From assembly GCA_003344405.1 (NCBI GenBank), contig NOWV01000198.1, positions 62,001-126,000 on the forward strand: DNA of 64,000 nt. The letters run 5' to 3'. Shown here in pieces: positions 14,357 through 31,499 of this stretch (position 1 is its first letter; every line of letters starts with the position of its first letter). The translations under genes and the position numbers were made by a program. Source of the stretch: Trichoplax sp. H2 (taxonomy: Eukaryota). The notes beneath the pieces are model-generated. The model ran no database searches and had not been told where the DNA came from. It saw only the letters and a program-made list of their open reading frames with translations.

Positions 14357-14994
14357 ATCGCATGAACTCGGTGGTTCACTATTACTGATCCACGGATGAC
14401 AAGTGTATTTCATGAAGCAAAAATAATATTGCAAGCATATTGATTTTAAAATAGATAATTGACTTTCAATCTAACAAGAGCATTATCAATACTCTTTCTT
14501 TGAATTTAAATGATAATAAACAGCATTTAAGACTTTCCATCTTGTCAAGAAGGATCAGTAGCTTACCTTTTGATCAGGTTTTCAGCCATTTTAATCCAAT
14601 ACGACAATCATCATTTGCAGAATTATTACAGTTACTAGTTAGACAGGTGTACTACTGTAATGAAGGTGCAAGACCGGACAGACGGCAGCCGCCTTGAGCA
14701 AAGAGTGCATAATGTTCATCATTTAGTGTCCAGTACACTTGTTACCGTAATACAGTTTACTATGACATCGCGCGCAATGTTGTTGTTGTTACCATCACAT
14801 CCTGACCGTGTTACCCTTGAACTGTATGCCGGCGATGCCGCCTATGGCCTAGACTTAAGAAAGGTTCGGTTCGGTTCGATTGGAACCGTTACGATCTAGA
14901 TCTTTTTAAGTATGGCCACGGGTGTAAATGGGCACGATTATTGCGCCAGTCTGAGACAGTGTCCAATGCTGACTGCGCATGTCAAAGAGCTATC

Positions 14995-15520
14995 CGGTAC
15001 GGTACATGGTACAGTACTAAAACATCCTGTATCTTTGTTCTCAACAGTACAGTACTGCTGTACAGTACTGTACACTGTATGCCAGTGGCCTGCATTTGAA
15101 GAAATATTTTTGTACGTTTCAAAATTTCTAGTGTACTGTACTGTACGAGAACTGAACTTTTCGTATGTGTAGATAGATGTGAGATATTCACTTCACGGAC
15201 ACATTCACTCAACTTTGCTCCAACTATCGATGGAAGAATTTTCAAGGCACATAGCAATACTTTGCTATTTAAAAATGGAAGGTGCTGTAGTGCTGTACAG
15301 AGTACAGTACTGTACTGTATCGAGATATCGTGATAGCTTTGCATGGTACCAAAAATGCAGTGGAAAGAATGCAGTGATAGTAGTAGTGTTATATACTGTA
15401 CAGTCCTATTGTTGATTGGATAGTAGAGAGTGCTGCATCATCTGATGGACGGACATATCGTATTAGGTAGAGATGAAAATGTCGAAAATTGCAAAACAGA
15501 CTATACAGTACAGTCGTTAC
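14995..15520. promoter_or_regulatory. TACAG/CTGTA pentamer cluster upstream of NCOR (putative promoter)
   Basis: Dense ACAGTACAGTACTG, TACAGTACTGTACACTG and GTACTGTACTGTAC runs. The promoter role is inferred from position only. Confidence 0.55.
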
Positions 15521-15883
15521 GGTACTTGCACTATGGTTCTTGTGTGTCTCTTTTCTAAATTGCTCTTACTAATTCAAAAACATGCATGACATCAAATAAC
15601 TTTGAACAAGTAGAAGTTAGACTTCATGATGTATTATACGCGATATAGCGTCAATGGAATAGTGCTGCATCGACTGATGGACGGACATATCGTATTAGAT
15701 AGAGATGAAAATGTCGAATATTACAATACAGTACAGTGGTTACGGTACTTGCACTATGGCTCTTGTGTGTCTCTTTTCTAAATTGCTCTTACTAATTTAA
15801 AAACATGCATGACATCAAATAACTTTGAACAAGTAGAAGTTAGACTTCATGATGTATTATACGCGATATAGCGTCAATGGAAT
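15429..15883. repeat. Recent tandem duplication, two copies of ~230 bp
   Basis: 15429-15660 and 15661-15883 both begin AGTGCTGCATC and end GCGTCAATGGAAT, with few substitutions and one small indel. Confidence 0.95.
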
Positions 15884-16725
15884 ACATTCATAGTACTGGA
15901 TGAATATTAGGAAAATACTGCCAAGTCGATCAACAGTAGCTAGCCTGTACGAATCGTCTTTTGATCCGAGCTTAATAAAAGAGAAGTCAATGTAATATTA
16001 CTTGATTTATAAATCCACTATAATGTATAGCGTATCGTATCATGGACTACAAGATGTAAGTCAGTAGTCCATGACTGTATTTACAGAACCAAACATCTCC
16101 ACTCCATCCTCCTCACAGTGGAACAGTAGTGTAGTTTGACGACACAGTACTTGCAATAATCGTGCATCTAGTCGAAAATGTCCGTCTATCCAATAAGGTT
16201 TCCTGATCAGGCAAACGCTTTTTTCGAGCATAGCATCGAGTAGGTCCTCCGATCGATAAGATACATCATATGACTAAAAGTGTCTTCATGTCGTGCTAAA
16301 GTATTTGATCCATACAGTACTTCAGGTCAGATTTGTGTTCACTTCCAAGACGAAAAGTAGCGCTCTTCTTTATTGTAGTCATTGAACTAGGCTAGAACAT
16401 TTGCAATTTCATTATAAGCCTGTTGCAATGTTTACATTGTATAAGATTATAATGATGACGATTAGTTACTCAGTTTAGCTGCATGAGTAGACAGCAGTAC
16501 AATAATAAATAGTCTGGCAGGCAGAGGTCGAACGGTCTCTGGACCCATTCTTCCTCCACCTCCAGTCCCTCTTTTTTCTGATATACACTTGTGCAGTCCT
16601 ATCCTGTAAATCATAAGAAAAAGTTGGAGAAGATTTTCCCCCTGCAAAAACTCGAGCCCTGAGTTCACCGCGCTAAAAGAATGGACCGCTCCTACTCCAC
16701 CTCCCACAGCCCCTTTTCTGTTGAC

Positions 16726-16946
16726 ACAGTACAGTACTGTACTGTTATAGGATTGTATGGAGTACTATCACGGATACCATGACGGTGCTTTATTCTATAC
16801 TGTAGCAAGGTCTTCTCCTTGCAATCGTTGACAGCACCGTTATTAAGGCTCCACACTTAGCCATTTTAGTTAGTTGTTCGTCCTAACTACAGTACAGTAC
16901 TGTACTCTACTGTACTTCTACGGACTGTACTGTACACTGTACAGTA
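16726..16946. promoter_or_regulatory. TACAG/CTGTA pentamer cluster upstream of HPD
   Basis: ACAGTACAGTACTGTACTGT and TACAGTACAGTACTGTACT runs about 110-330 bp before the HPD ATG. Confidence 0.6.
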
Positions 16947-17054
16947 TGACTCGTGGCGACATCAGGTGACACGTATCACTGGTTGACAGACGTGACCGAT
17001 CACTCCACGCTTGAACGCTTGAAATTGCTTCTTTTTGCTTTGATCGAAATCGTT

Positions 17055-20728
<3,674 letters not shown>

Positions 20729-22353
20729 CTTGATTATGCTTAAATATGATAGATTTATCTGCTGCAATCTAAAACATTGGTTAATCGCGTAAAAAAAGCG
20801 ATTCGTTAGTAAAATGCAGCGTCAGATAGTAATATATAATTATTGCTACTAAAACTTAAGGATAACTAAAGATCTTAGACTAGCTGTCACTTGATGGATT
20901 ATTTTCGATTGCAAATTATATCTTTGTTTACAAATGATAATAAAATCTGTCAGGGCCGCTAGAATATTTCTGTAGTTTCTAGTAAAAGTAAATGTTTTGT
21001 AAAACAAAATTTTTAATGACATGACAAGTTTCATTGCGGCTTATGTGGTTAGTAAGATAGTGTAGTAGGTGGTTATGATAACGTTTTATTCTTTTACTGT
21101 ACTTTTTAGTTTTGGATAGCATTACATGAATGGAACATATGCAGTAAGAATATTCATGTTATGATAATCGCAAAGGTTAAGTACGGCATTGCTGACCGGA
21201 CGAATGTGCAATGGCTCATGTCAGTCTAAATAAGCTGGAAAACGTACCGTAAACTATTGACTTTTAGGGAAATTTAAAGGGTAGAGATAATCGAATAAAA
21301 TTTCCAACGTTTTAAATAAATGATACATCGTTTTATGCAAGAATGGCAATCCTTACCCATCTTAGCCGCATATCACTTGTCTCAGAAATTTACAAGAAAT
21401 TACATTTATCGTTCCAAAGATTTTAAGAATATTGCAACATTATAACATTTTTACGACAAAGTCTGAATTTGAGATCTAGAATTGCAGAAGTAAATGCATC
21501 GTACATCTACTATTGGCTACAGCAGTGTATCAACGAGTGCTACCTGTGCTTAGATTGCTTCTATGCTGCAAGCCCAGAATTAAAAGATACATCCAGCAAC
21601 TATATATTGCATCCGTAATCAAATCAGAAAAATAGTACGGTAACTTATGTGCTTGATGCGTACTAACATACTGTAGTTCAGTGATATAAGCCAAAGAAGA
21701 GTTACAAACAGTACGTTGTATCATTTCTTAATTTTTCCGCCAATCACTTATAATCTTACAAGCAGAAATGTAGCATTCGCTTTGCAATGTTAACTGGTTG
21801 AAAGCTTACTTTAACTGAAAATGAATCTTTGATCTGCCGAATTCGTTTACTACATAAACGTTTAAAATTAGGCCAATACATTTACTTATCAAGTATGCAT
21901 ATCTTACAAGCGACTAAAATATTATAAACAATCAGTAAATAAAATTCTCTAAATATTCCTAGTGAATGGTACTAAAAGTATGTGCAATCATACTATTATT
22001 AGGCCATTCACCGTTTCCTTATTAAACTAGGATATATTATACAACAGATAGAAAGTACACTATTACAATTCGTAATGTTACAAGCATATCAAGGATTGTT
22101 AACTAGTACTGAACTTACGTATTTGACGCTCAGCTTTGGAAGCAAAATACAGCGTACTAACGTAATTTTACATAAATTGAACCTGATCGAAATACTGAGA
22201 CATAAGTACTATTTTGCTAAGGATATAAGTTTAAAATAAAATAAATACAAATTATCTAACGATTGGATAACGTATCGTAATCCTTTTCGAAAAACTCTGT
22301 TTGCCAATAAAAGGAAAGTTAACATTTCTATAAGAGTTAATAGACAATCATCG

Positions 22354-25270
22354 CTACTTCTTGCGTTGATGAGCTTTTGTTGTAAATATGTAACGCTGTG
22401 GAACTGGAAGCGGGGGAGAATAGCCGTGCTCATAACTTGGATCTTCGAACGACACAAGATACTCCTCATCAATCTGTATTGTTACAGAAATGAAAGTACA
22501 AATATAACAGTAAAAATGAATAATAAGTTTGTGTCTAATTCATTATACTCCAATAGAATGGAGGACAACAAAAAATTTCGTCTTACTGTGGAAGGCCGAC
22601 TGTGTACCACACCAAAGTAGAAGCAAGTTGTTTGAGGATATAAGGCGTATACTTGCTAAAATTTACACACCAATAAAACTGTCACATTAACGTATTAACA
22701 TGCATTACGATAAAATTAAAAAACATAACATGAGGTTGAGAATTGGAAATGAAAAGTGTAAAAAAGCTATCTTGAATTGTATATATATATATTAATTAAA
22801 GTCAAAACTCTCTGTCTGATATTACGGAGATTACAATACCAATATAATTTATTCTATAGTAACATTTACAAGTACTGTACTATGTGATGCATACTAGGTG
22901 ATATCAGTTTATGTTAGTGGATAATAAACAGGGCTGAATAATTTACCTGATGTTTTTGATACAATGCCTGAGGATGGGTGCTAGGATTTGCTTTATACTT
23001 AGGCAACGGGGTCGTACGACGACATGGAAGCTGATATCGCCTAAAAATTAGTGATGTAATTAACGATAGGCATCTTTTTAGTAACGATGTTTATACATAA
23101 ATCGACAGGAGTCCCTTCTAATTACGAGTATAATCAACAAGCACAGAGTGCTACTGACTCTTTTCCATGCTTTCCTTCTCCATCAATGTCTTCGATTTCG
23201 TACCTAATTAGAGTTAATAAAATGACGAGTGAATGATATGAGACTTTTTGAATGTAAATAGACAAGAATAATAAGATGCACTATACTTATTAGAAAATGT
23301 GCTATGAGAAGCCACTTCTCCAAGAATCCACTGATCTTCATCAGCATCAACTTTCACTTTTGCTGCAACCTAGTGGTGATAGAAGTAGAAATTGCCCATG
23401 CTACTGATTCACGATTATAAGATAGCAAATTGATAAGATGACAGGAATTGTTTACCGACATACCTTATCACCAGGCTTTGCTACATATCCACTTTCAGCA
23501 GGAATACAACCGCAGAGTGGAGGAGGGCTACAGATTATAATTACGAGCATTTACTAGAAATTGTAATGTAGTATGCGAACTACGAACACAGTTGTAGACT
23601 AATAAAAGTAAGATAGTATAGTCGTTAAGTATAATTTAAAACCATAGGAGCTAACTTTGAGATCACAGAAACAGTATCATTACTTCAAATACACAAGTCA
23701 TGTTTTAAATACGGCTTATTTATAGTGAGTAACCTCTCAGATAACTTGCCATTCCAAATCGGTAGATCAGCTGCTTCTTGTTGGAGAATAGACATCAGTA
23801 CACTCTTACGAACAGGAGCCGGCTTTCTGTTAATACTGTAATTGATTGATATATATAAGGAAGTAAGCTAAGGAAATCCGATAAGTATGATAACCAAATA
23901 CAGACTGTTAGTACCAATATTCTAATTGCAAGCACATTTAAACTTTGGAGATTTTACATAATTAAGTTTTTGTTAATAACAGTCAATAAACTGCACAAAT
24001 CCACAAGTGACCTGCTTTCTTCATTATGACCAGATTGATTGGTTGGCGTTCGACCACCTATAATATTTATTGATACGCTCTTATTAGGCGATTTAGAACT
24101 ATAACAGTTCAAGAGCATAACTGGAGAAAGAACAAACCTTGTTTCTTGTCACTCTTTAATGCATTTATCAAGGCTATTTTATCCAGAGCTTTCCTAATTA
24201 AACTATTTCATTGAGTCGATATTGAAAGAAGTAAATTGAAATTAATAATTTGCATCATTGTTAACTAATTCGAATACAGGACAACTGCGCCATTTTAATT
24301 CAATAGTATTGATTTTGGAGGTATGATCCATCAACATTGTCAATTTACGAAACTATGCGGCAATTAAAAATTTACCGTATAAATATTAATCGTGTTTACA
24401 GTTATTAGTCCATGCGGTAAGCCTCCTACCAGTGTCCTTATACTAATCCATTGCATGATCCATTTATTTACTATTTTCATCATTTTACCGTCGTTATTGC
24501 CTACTAACTTACTCTGCTTCAATCTTAGCATCAGCTTGTGCGGATGTATACAATCCACGCAGTTTTTGCTTGAAATACATGGACACTATGAAGAAAGGCA
24601 ATTGATAGTCCATTATTCATAATAGCGTATAAACATTGTTACGCGTAATCGATTTGTAGTACTGCATAAAACGCTACTATGTAAAGTGCATTTAAATACT
24701 TTATGGCGTATAACTTTGAAGTACGCCCAATAGAAGTAGAACTATGTTGATGGAATGCAACGACGGGAAGTAATTCTAATGATTACTATACTCGTATACA
24801 TACTATAAACAATTTAGCTTCACGTTATCAATGTTAGCTTCACGTTATCAATGTTAGCTAAGGCAATTACCTCTTTGTTCGCTTTTCATCCGGTCATGGG
24901 TTTTTCTAATATTAAGTAAACTATTTGCACCACGAGTACGTTCATCCTATATCAAGATCGTTATTTATACTTGTGTTTAATTTAATCATTTGTATTATTA
25001 TTATCCAGGTGCAATATCATGATCCTACCACCATAGGCAAGCTGATCAAGGATAGGAATGATTGATGTTTGTTGTGTGTACAACTGGACAATCAGTTAAA
25101 ATCATGATTAACGGGTAACACTATTTCTGTATCGACCATACCTGTAACTGATGAATTAGGCTGTGTAATTCTCGCAAAAGAGTAGGGATACTATAATTTC
25201 CACTTGGTGGAATGATAGCGTTAGGAACCGAGGTGGCAGAAACAGTCTGAGATTGGCGTTTACGAGGCAT
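22354..25270 (-). CDS. SGF29: SAGA complex-associated factor 29 (coiled coil plus double Tudor H3K4me reader); ~12 exons
   Basis: Exons encode LLRELHSLIHQLQ, NIRKTHDRMK, KQKLRGLY, PPLCGCIPA, QWILGEV, YEIEDID, PLPKYKANP, ALYPQTTCFY and YLVSFEDPSYEHGYSPPLPVPQRYI. Confidence 0.93.
24814..24859. repeat. 20-bp tandem repeat x2.3 in an SGF29 intron
   Basis: TTAGCTTCACGTTATCAATG occurs twice exactly, followed by TTAGCT. Confidence 0.9.
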
Positions 25271-25390
25271 GATATTACTAATTTTGCTGGATTTGAAATG
25301 CTCTTCAGCCTTTTCAAATGTTTGGGCTTTAAAGCATTTTGCGGTTCTCCCTACGCTCAGTACACCATTGAATAGCGACGATGCTCATCG

Positions 25391-25575
25391 CTGTATACAG
25401 TGTATCGTCTACAGTATACAGTACTTTTCGGTACTGTACACTGTAAGTTGTACTGTACAGTGTACAGTACTGTACAGTACTACTGAGCACTGCATGGTCA
25501 ACGGAGTGTCCATTGTTTCATGGTACAGTACTGTACTAGAGACCCTCTATGAACATAGAGGGTCTCTAGTGTACA
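25391..25575. promoter_or_regulatory. SGF29/TLC-gene bidirectional promoter with pentamer cluster and perfect palindrome
   Basis: ATGs ~690 bp apart; GTACTGTACAGTGTACAGTACTGTACAGTACT run; 17-bp-arm inverted repeat at 25535-25570. Confidence 0.6.
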
Positions 25576-25958
25576 TTATACAATCAAAGTTGGATCATCG
25601 CACGTGACCAGAAATCCCCAATGACAGCGTTGATAATAATCATTCATTATAATGGATTATTTATTAATAATTACATTAGACTGATACTGTAGAAGACAAG
25701 ATTACATTATACAGTAGAATAATAAAATTAAAATCAGTTATGTATGACTACCTAGAGAGAAGATTGTAGGAGATAGCAAGGAGTAAAATTGACAAGGTAC
25801 TGTCTATTTTGATATCGAGGTCATCATGATATTTATTTACTGTGAATACGATACAATATAACGCTGATAGAGAGTAATTCAAAATAGAAATAAACAGTAC
25901 TTTAGTCTACGGTAAATTGGAAAATTGGATTGATTCCAAGCACGTACAGTACTATAGT

Positions 25959-28608
25959 ATGGCCGGCAATGACGATGAATTGCATCTAGGTTCGAAGTTG
26001 ATGCTTTTATCGGTGGGATGTGTTTATTTCCCATTTCTTTATTATTTCGTCGATTCACTGCTAAGGAGAACTTGTCAAACTCTTGATGAAAGCCAATATA
26101 GAAAGATCAACGTTAGGTAATTGATGTATGCTTATTGTATATTATAGAAAGGATAAAATATGACGCTATAATCAGAGTTACTACCTCAATACTGTACGCA
26201 TACATCAATGATCAAATTTGAATCAACGAGTGAAATGAACTTATAATGCAGTTATAATTAAAATGTCAATTTTGAAGAGAGCACTTTCCTTACAGTGCAT
26301 GATCCTAACGTCTTAACTTTATATGCTTTCTTATCTAATGCGCGTAGATTGATTTTCTACGCAATCTGTTTAGGCTAAAGCTGTGAGGCATCATTGATAG
26401 AGATTGATCAATATTTCTTTAACCGCTGTACGAGTGTTATCTTGATATACAGTATGATTAATCTCTTTATTTTTAGGATCGTATCATCGTTTCAAGCTTT
26501 GATGGCGTGCACTGTTGGCGTTACTACCGTATTCTCCGTACATGATATCATTCATGATAGGTAAGACCTTCATAGGTATACGTATTTAATCGTTTGTTTA
26601 CAAAAAGGACTAGAAATCGTTGATCATTTTGCTAGTTCTACAACATGCGAGTAGTACTGTACTGTACTTCCTATACGCATATAGTTTTTAATTACATTAC
26701 TATAACATACAACGCCATCATGCACACCTTACAGATTCTGTAAGCTGTAGAAATTCAAAATTATAGCTTCAATTCTTACATTGAAGCAAGATCAGAAACC
26801 GGGCCCTATTGCGGAAGTAATTTATCAATATATCATGCGTGTGGTCAATTGGATACCTATTTACAGTATAAATTAAATTAAAGCTATAGATATTGTAATG
26901 AAATCGAAATATTTCCTTGGTATTATTATCTGTCTTGTTGCATTATTTAATAAAGTACCGAATGTTTCCTTCCACTGCCATAACACTACAGCACCAATCA
27001 CCAATGCACTGTACAGTACGCGTACAGAATATAAAGTTAAATGGTCGATATTGCATGTAGCTTATTCATGCTGCCTTTCATACGATAGGCGATTACTAAT
27101 TAAAATAATTGTTGCCTTAACTCATCTGCCTTTTCTATAAGAGTACTTTTTAACTGTCCAGTAATACTCTAATAGTTAATCTTGGAGTGATTTTATGAGT
27201 TGCACGATTACAGGACATTGTTAATACTGTATATTTGGATTTATGGTAAGATTAACCAACTTATTAATAGTCAAGCTTGTAATTGTAAACAAGATCTATC
27301 GGTAACACCTTAATTAAACCATCTTGCTCGATTCTTAATAGATTATAACTGCTATAGATTATGGATTATCACACACTAATGCAATAAACATTTTCCGTAA
27401 AGGTATAAATTTACGCATATATCGCATAGTCAGATTTCAAGGTTAGGACGATGATACAGCATGTCGCTTGATATGCGTATGTACGATATACATAATCTCG
27501 TAAAGTAAACCTTACAGAGATTTTGAAACTATTCAATAGTCTTTTTCGTTAGCAATCAGTGCGACCATATAAGCGGTTTATGTTACAAATTAAGATGTCA
27601 TGTTTACCTTTGCAGATTTTGGTTAATCGAATATTACTGCTGGTTTGGGCTAGCTTATTTCTTTTACGATATATGGGCAATGTATCGAAGTTATCGGTAC
27701 GAACATAAACAATTACAAGATGAAGTCTCACTTCTGCGAATGTTTCTACACTCGAAAACATCAGTGGTAATTCACCATATTGCCATTCCGTGTATTGGCT
27801 TCCCAATAGTCGTGGTAAGAAAAGCTTACTAGCATGTGTCGACTGCTATTCTATTGAATTACTTACTGTATATTCTCGTTTAGAGTGGTAAAACGTTATA
27901 TAAATAAATACTGCCGTAGTTTCATGACTTTCATAACGCTTTTTCTTTAAAGTACATCCGTCGTGGTTTAGGTGACTACTTTTTAGCTCTTTTCTTCCTA
28001 TTTGAACTAAGTACTCCATTTCTCTCTTCAGTTTCGGTACTACAAATTGTAAGTATCACCCAAGTTACTAGCTTAAGTTGCCTAAGTATAAATAACAACA
28101 GTAACTGTTGTTTTCATTCTGTTTAATTTTTAATTTCAATATTCGAACTATAACATTTTATCGCAAACAGCTGAAAATGCAAACTTCCAAACTCTACACC
28201 GTAAATGGTATACTATTGTTGGTGACATTTTTTTGTTGTCGTGTCCTGATGATTCCTATTATGTATTGGTCTTATGCACGATATAAAAATATTTCCTGGC
28301 TATGGCAAGTACCGTTGTCTATTCCCATGAAATGTAACATAGGATGCACGGTTATATTACTATTTCAATTATTTTGGCTGAATCAAATTTTAAGAACAAT
28401 CACGTCCAATATACCCGTCAAATCTATCGGCGAATACCTAGTAGGACGAGGTAATTATAACTTTATCGTAAGAATACTTTTGTCTATCGTTGTAGATACT
28501 ACTGTAAATTCTGGTTTCTGGTTGTGTATGCTGCACCAGTCGCTAACCAACTACCAATTTTCTCACTGTAGGCGTAATAAGCTAGCAAGTATGGCCTATG
28601 CAGAATAG
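25959..28608 (+). CDS. TLC (TRAM-LAG1-CLN8) domain membrane protein, TLCD3/FAM57-like; 3' end uncertain
   Basis: Exons encode RIVSSFQALMA, YFFYDIWAMY, VVIHHI, RRGLGDYF, FELSTPF, KLYTVNGILLLVTFFCCRVL and CNIG...QLFW, all characteristic of FAM57/TLCD3. The stop is either 28608 (unspliced) or ~28585 if 28451-28571 is an intron. Confidence 0.82.
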
Positions 28609-28667
28609 ACATTTATAAAATTTGTTTATTGAAATGTACAGAACGAATGATCACATTGTGTTAAATT

Positions 28668-31381
28668 TTATAAACGACATAAGAAAAATACGGTAGGGAT
28701 GAATACACCAACAGCAACTGCAATTGGTACAACATAGCTACTACCATCATCAACTTCATATGGATTAACAACAGGCGGCCCTGATAATTTCCTGCTATGC
28801 GGTGTTTGAGTATTGTCTGTGTTACTGTTTGTATCGCTTGTATCGTCATCGTCATCAAAGTCTTTATCCGCTTCCTCTGCTCCAGCTAGTGGGGCTAGCT
28901 TGGGTACATCTGTGGACATTAAAGTTAATTAAAATGAGCATTGTTAAGGAGATGATTACACCGCAAGGTCATTAATATTGCAATTACCTGATACTTGTCC
29001 TTTCATCACCACTATGGCATTAACTTTTGGATTATCTAAATGTCCCTAATTCGATGTAGAAGACCGATTACTTACATTTAATGATATTCTCTCGTACATA
29101 TCTGATGTATTAATGAACCTATAACGCATTTATGAAGTACTTTGAGTACTAAATTACAAATATTACCTTGATAAACTCTACTGTTAAAACTCCTTTGAAA
29201 GGAGATGACTCATCGTTGATCAATAAAGATTTATGAGATATTTTAAAGGGTATGTATTCATCGTGTGCTGTTCCTTTGCCAACTTTATGATAAATATCTA
29301 GCCCTTTAATAACCTCATGTTTTGAATTCAAACGGACATCAAATACCTGTATTGGTACGATAAAAAAGTAGTATTAACATTAAATGCAATAAAAGCTGGT
29401 ATAATACACGTATACATAAATACAGTATGTATTCTCTTCTATCAGCAACTAGGCGATTTATACAATACTTTGTATACCAACTTACACACTGTATATATTT
29501 GTATAGTGTAAGTTAAAGTCATGTTACCGTAATAAACGCATTTGATATCGGCTCCATTCATCTACAGTATAGTGCTCAGTTCTAAGGACACGCTTGAGCA
29601 TTGACTATCTAAGCACGAATCTAAGAATCATAATTGGTATTTTTATCACACTATCACATAATAGAATCAGTCGTGTTTAACATTGTCATAGTGTGCTTAA
29701 TGGAAAAAATACGCTCACAATCCCAACCATGCTATGTCATGAGAGTATCTTAGGAATCACAATAAATCCTAATGACAATACTATGTAAGGCTAATTATAA
29801 TTAAGGGTCACCATCATTGTACAGCAATTGTAAAAACCATTATCACAGCATTACCCTGAATCAGTCATGTTCAATATTGTTGCCATGTGCTTACTGAAAG
29901 ATAGGCTAATGATTACAGCTGTACTGTGTAGTGAGAATATCGCAGTAACTACCGTCAGCATTAGTGTAAAGCTTCATTGCATCCATATACGAGTATGTAA
30001 TTGTTTCAAAACGGGATTAACTTTGACCTTGTGTGTATAGTACACCCAGTTTCATAGAAATACACATTTAAATCTCCAAAAACTTTCCATACACGCTGTA
30101 CAATGGAAATCAGCTATATAACGGATAGAATTTTTAGAGTGTATCCATGCAGATGTGTACGGAATTTTGAAATTCTCAATGTCTTGATTTGACTCGCATC
30201 CATTACAGTATCCTTAACTATGCAAGTATTTAACATCTACAGTAATATACAGTCCTATTATAGCTAAAGTACAGTAATCATGCACTTGATAACAGGTTAT
30301 AAAAGGAGACAAAAGAGCAGTTTACCTTACATCGTTACACTAGTAGTATTCAGGCAAGTACAATGGTATCTAGTTGATGCTGATAGCTAATGAAGGTACT
30401 TTGTACTAAAGAAACTGGAAGGAAATTTTCATCACGAAATAGTCCTAATTGAGCGCTATCATTTTTTATCTGACTAGTCATCTGCAAGATATATTGTATT
30501 GAAACTTTCTATATCTCGTATAATCGTATTGAATAGTGGGACCTGCTTAACGTTAACCGGCAGCTACTGATAGTTATAAGTCTGCTATTATTTCATTTTA
30601 GTAACTGACCGGCGACACTATCGTTAGCGATGATAATTATAATTAGATGCGCGTACATACTCTATACTAAAACAATTGGGGTATAAGATTACGGAAAGAT
30701 TTGGCCTATTGATAAAATGTTGATAACATCTAATTCATAACGTCTTTGTATCCTTGCAGGCATAGTAAATTGTTCTATAGCATTGAAATCAGTGAAGATA
30801 TACTGTATAACAGTTTGGTATCGATATACCGTACATCTTGGAAAGCAATAACAGTCTTGAGCTACTACTCAACTAAAGTGAAGGTATTTTAATTCTAGTT
30901 GTCCTTCTAGTCAAAACAGAAAGCGTAAACTAAAGTCAGCAAGATAACGGATGATTACATAACATCGTTATCGGAGTACAGTACCTACTGTATAGTAAGA
31001 TATACTGTATATGCACCATAGCTTCCTATCACTAACCTTCATATTAGATCCAGTGAAATAGACTTCACTAAATTTCAGAATGAGAACATAGTCGTCATCC
31101 TCTTTAATAGGAATATCATAACTAAATGTTTCTGAATGATATCGTTCTGTCTGATAGAGAATCTGATCTGGTGTAGGCACGCGGTTTATAGACAATTGAA
31201 GGCCATGATCGGAATTGATCCCAACTGTATTGTAATCAGCTTGGTAATGGACACCATTTAAATCAGTATGTGCCGAGCCACCGCAGTTGACAGCAAATAT
31301 AACTTCACCGATTCCATGAACCGGTTGTATAGCCACCAAAGTTAACAAACAGATTAACTGGATTAATCTCTCATCAGCCAT
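28668..31381 (-). CDS. MLEC: Malectin (ER Glc2-N-glycan lectin, type I membrane protein); 4 exons
   Basis: Signal peptide, VIFAVNCGG, DQILYQTERY, YVLILKFSEVYF, VFDVRLN, LDIYHKVG...AHDEYIPF, DNPKVNAI, acidic linker, SGPPVVNPY, C-terminal TM helix ending FFLCRL. Confidence 0.96.
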
Positions 31382-31499
31382 AGCTAAAGAAGAGAGAATT
31401 GGGGAGTTCCTTCAACTTACCGATCGAATCTTCTCGACTACAGTAAAGTTCGATGCGAATGCCCTTGTCGGCTAAGCGCTTCACCATGGCCTCTACCGC

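Noticed and set aside
14912..15415. Family of short YSTVL/TVQYC-rich ORFs (also ~25269, 31711, 32196, 60124-60481)
   Set aside because: These are translations of the TACAG/CTGTA clusters, open in several frames and on both strands, not a peptide family.
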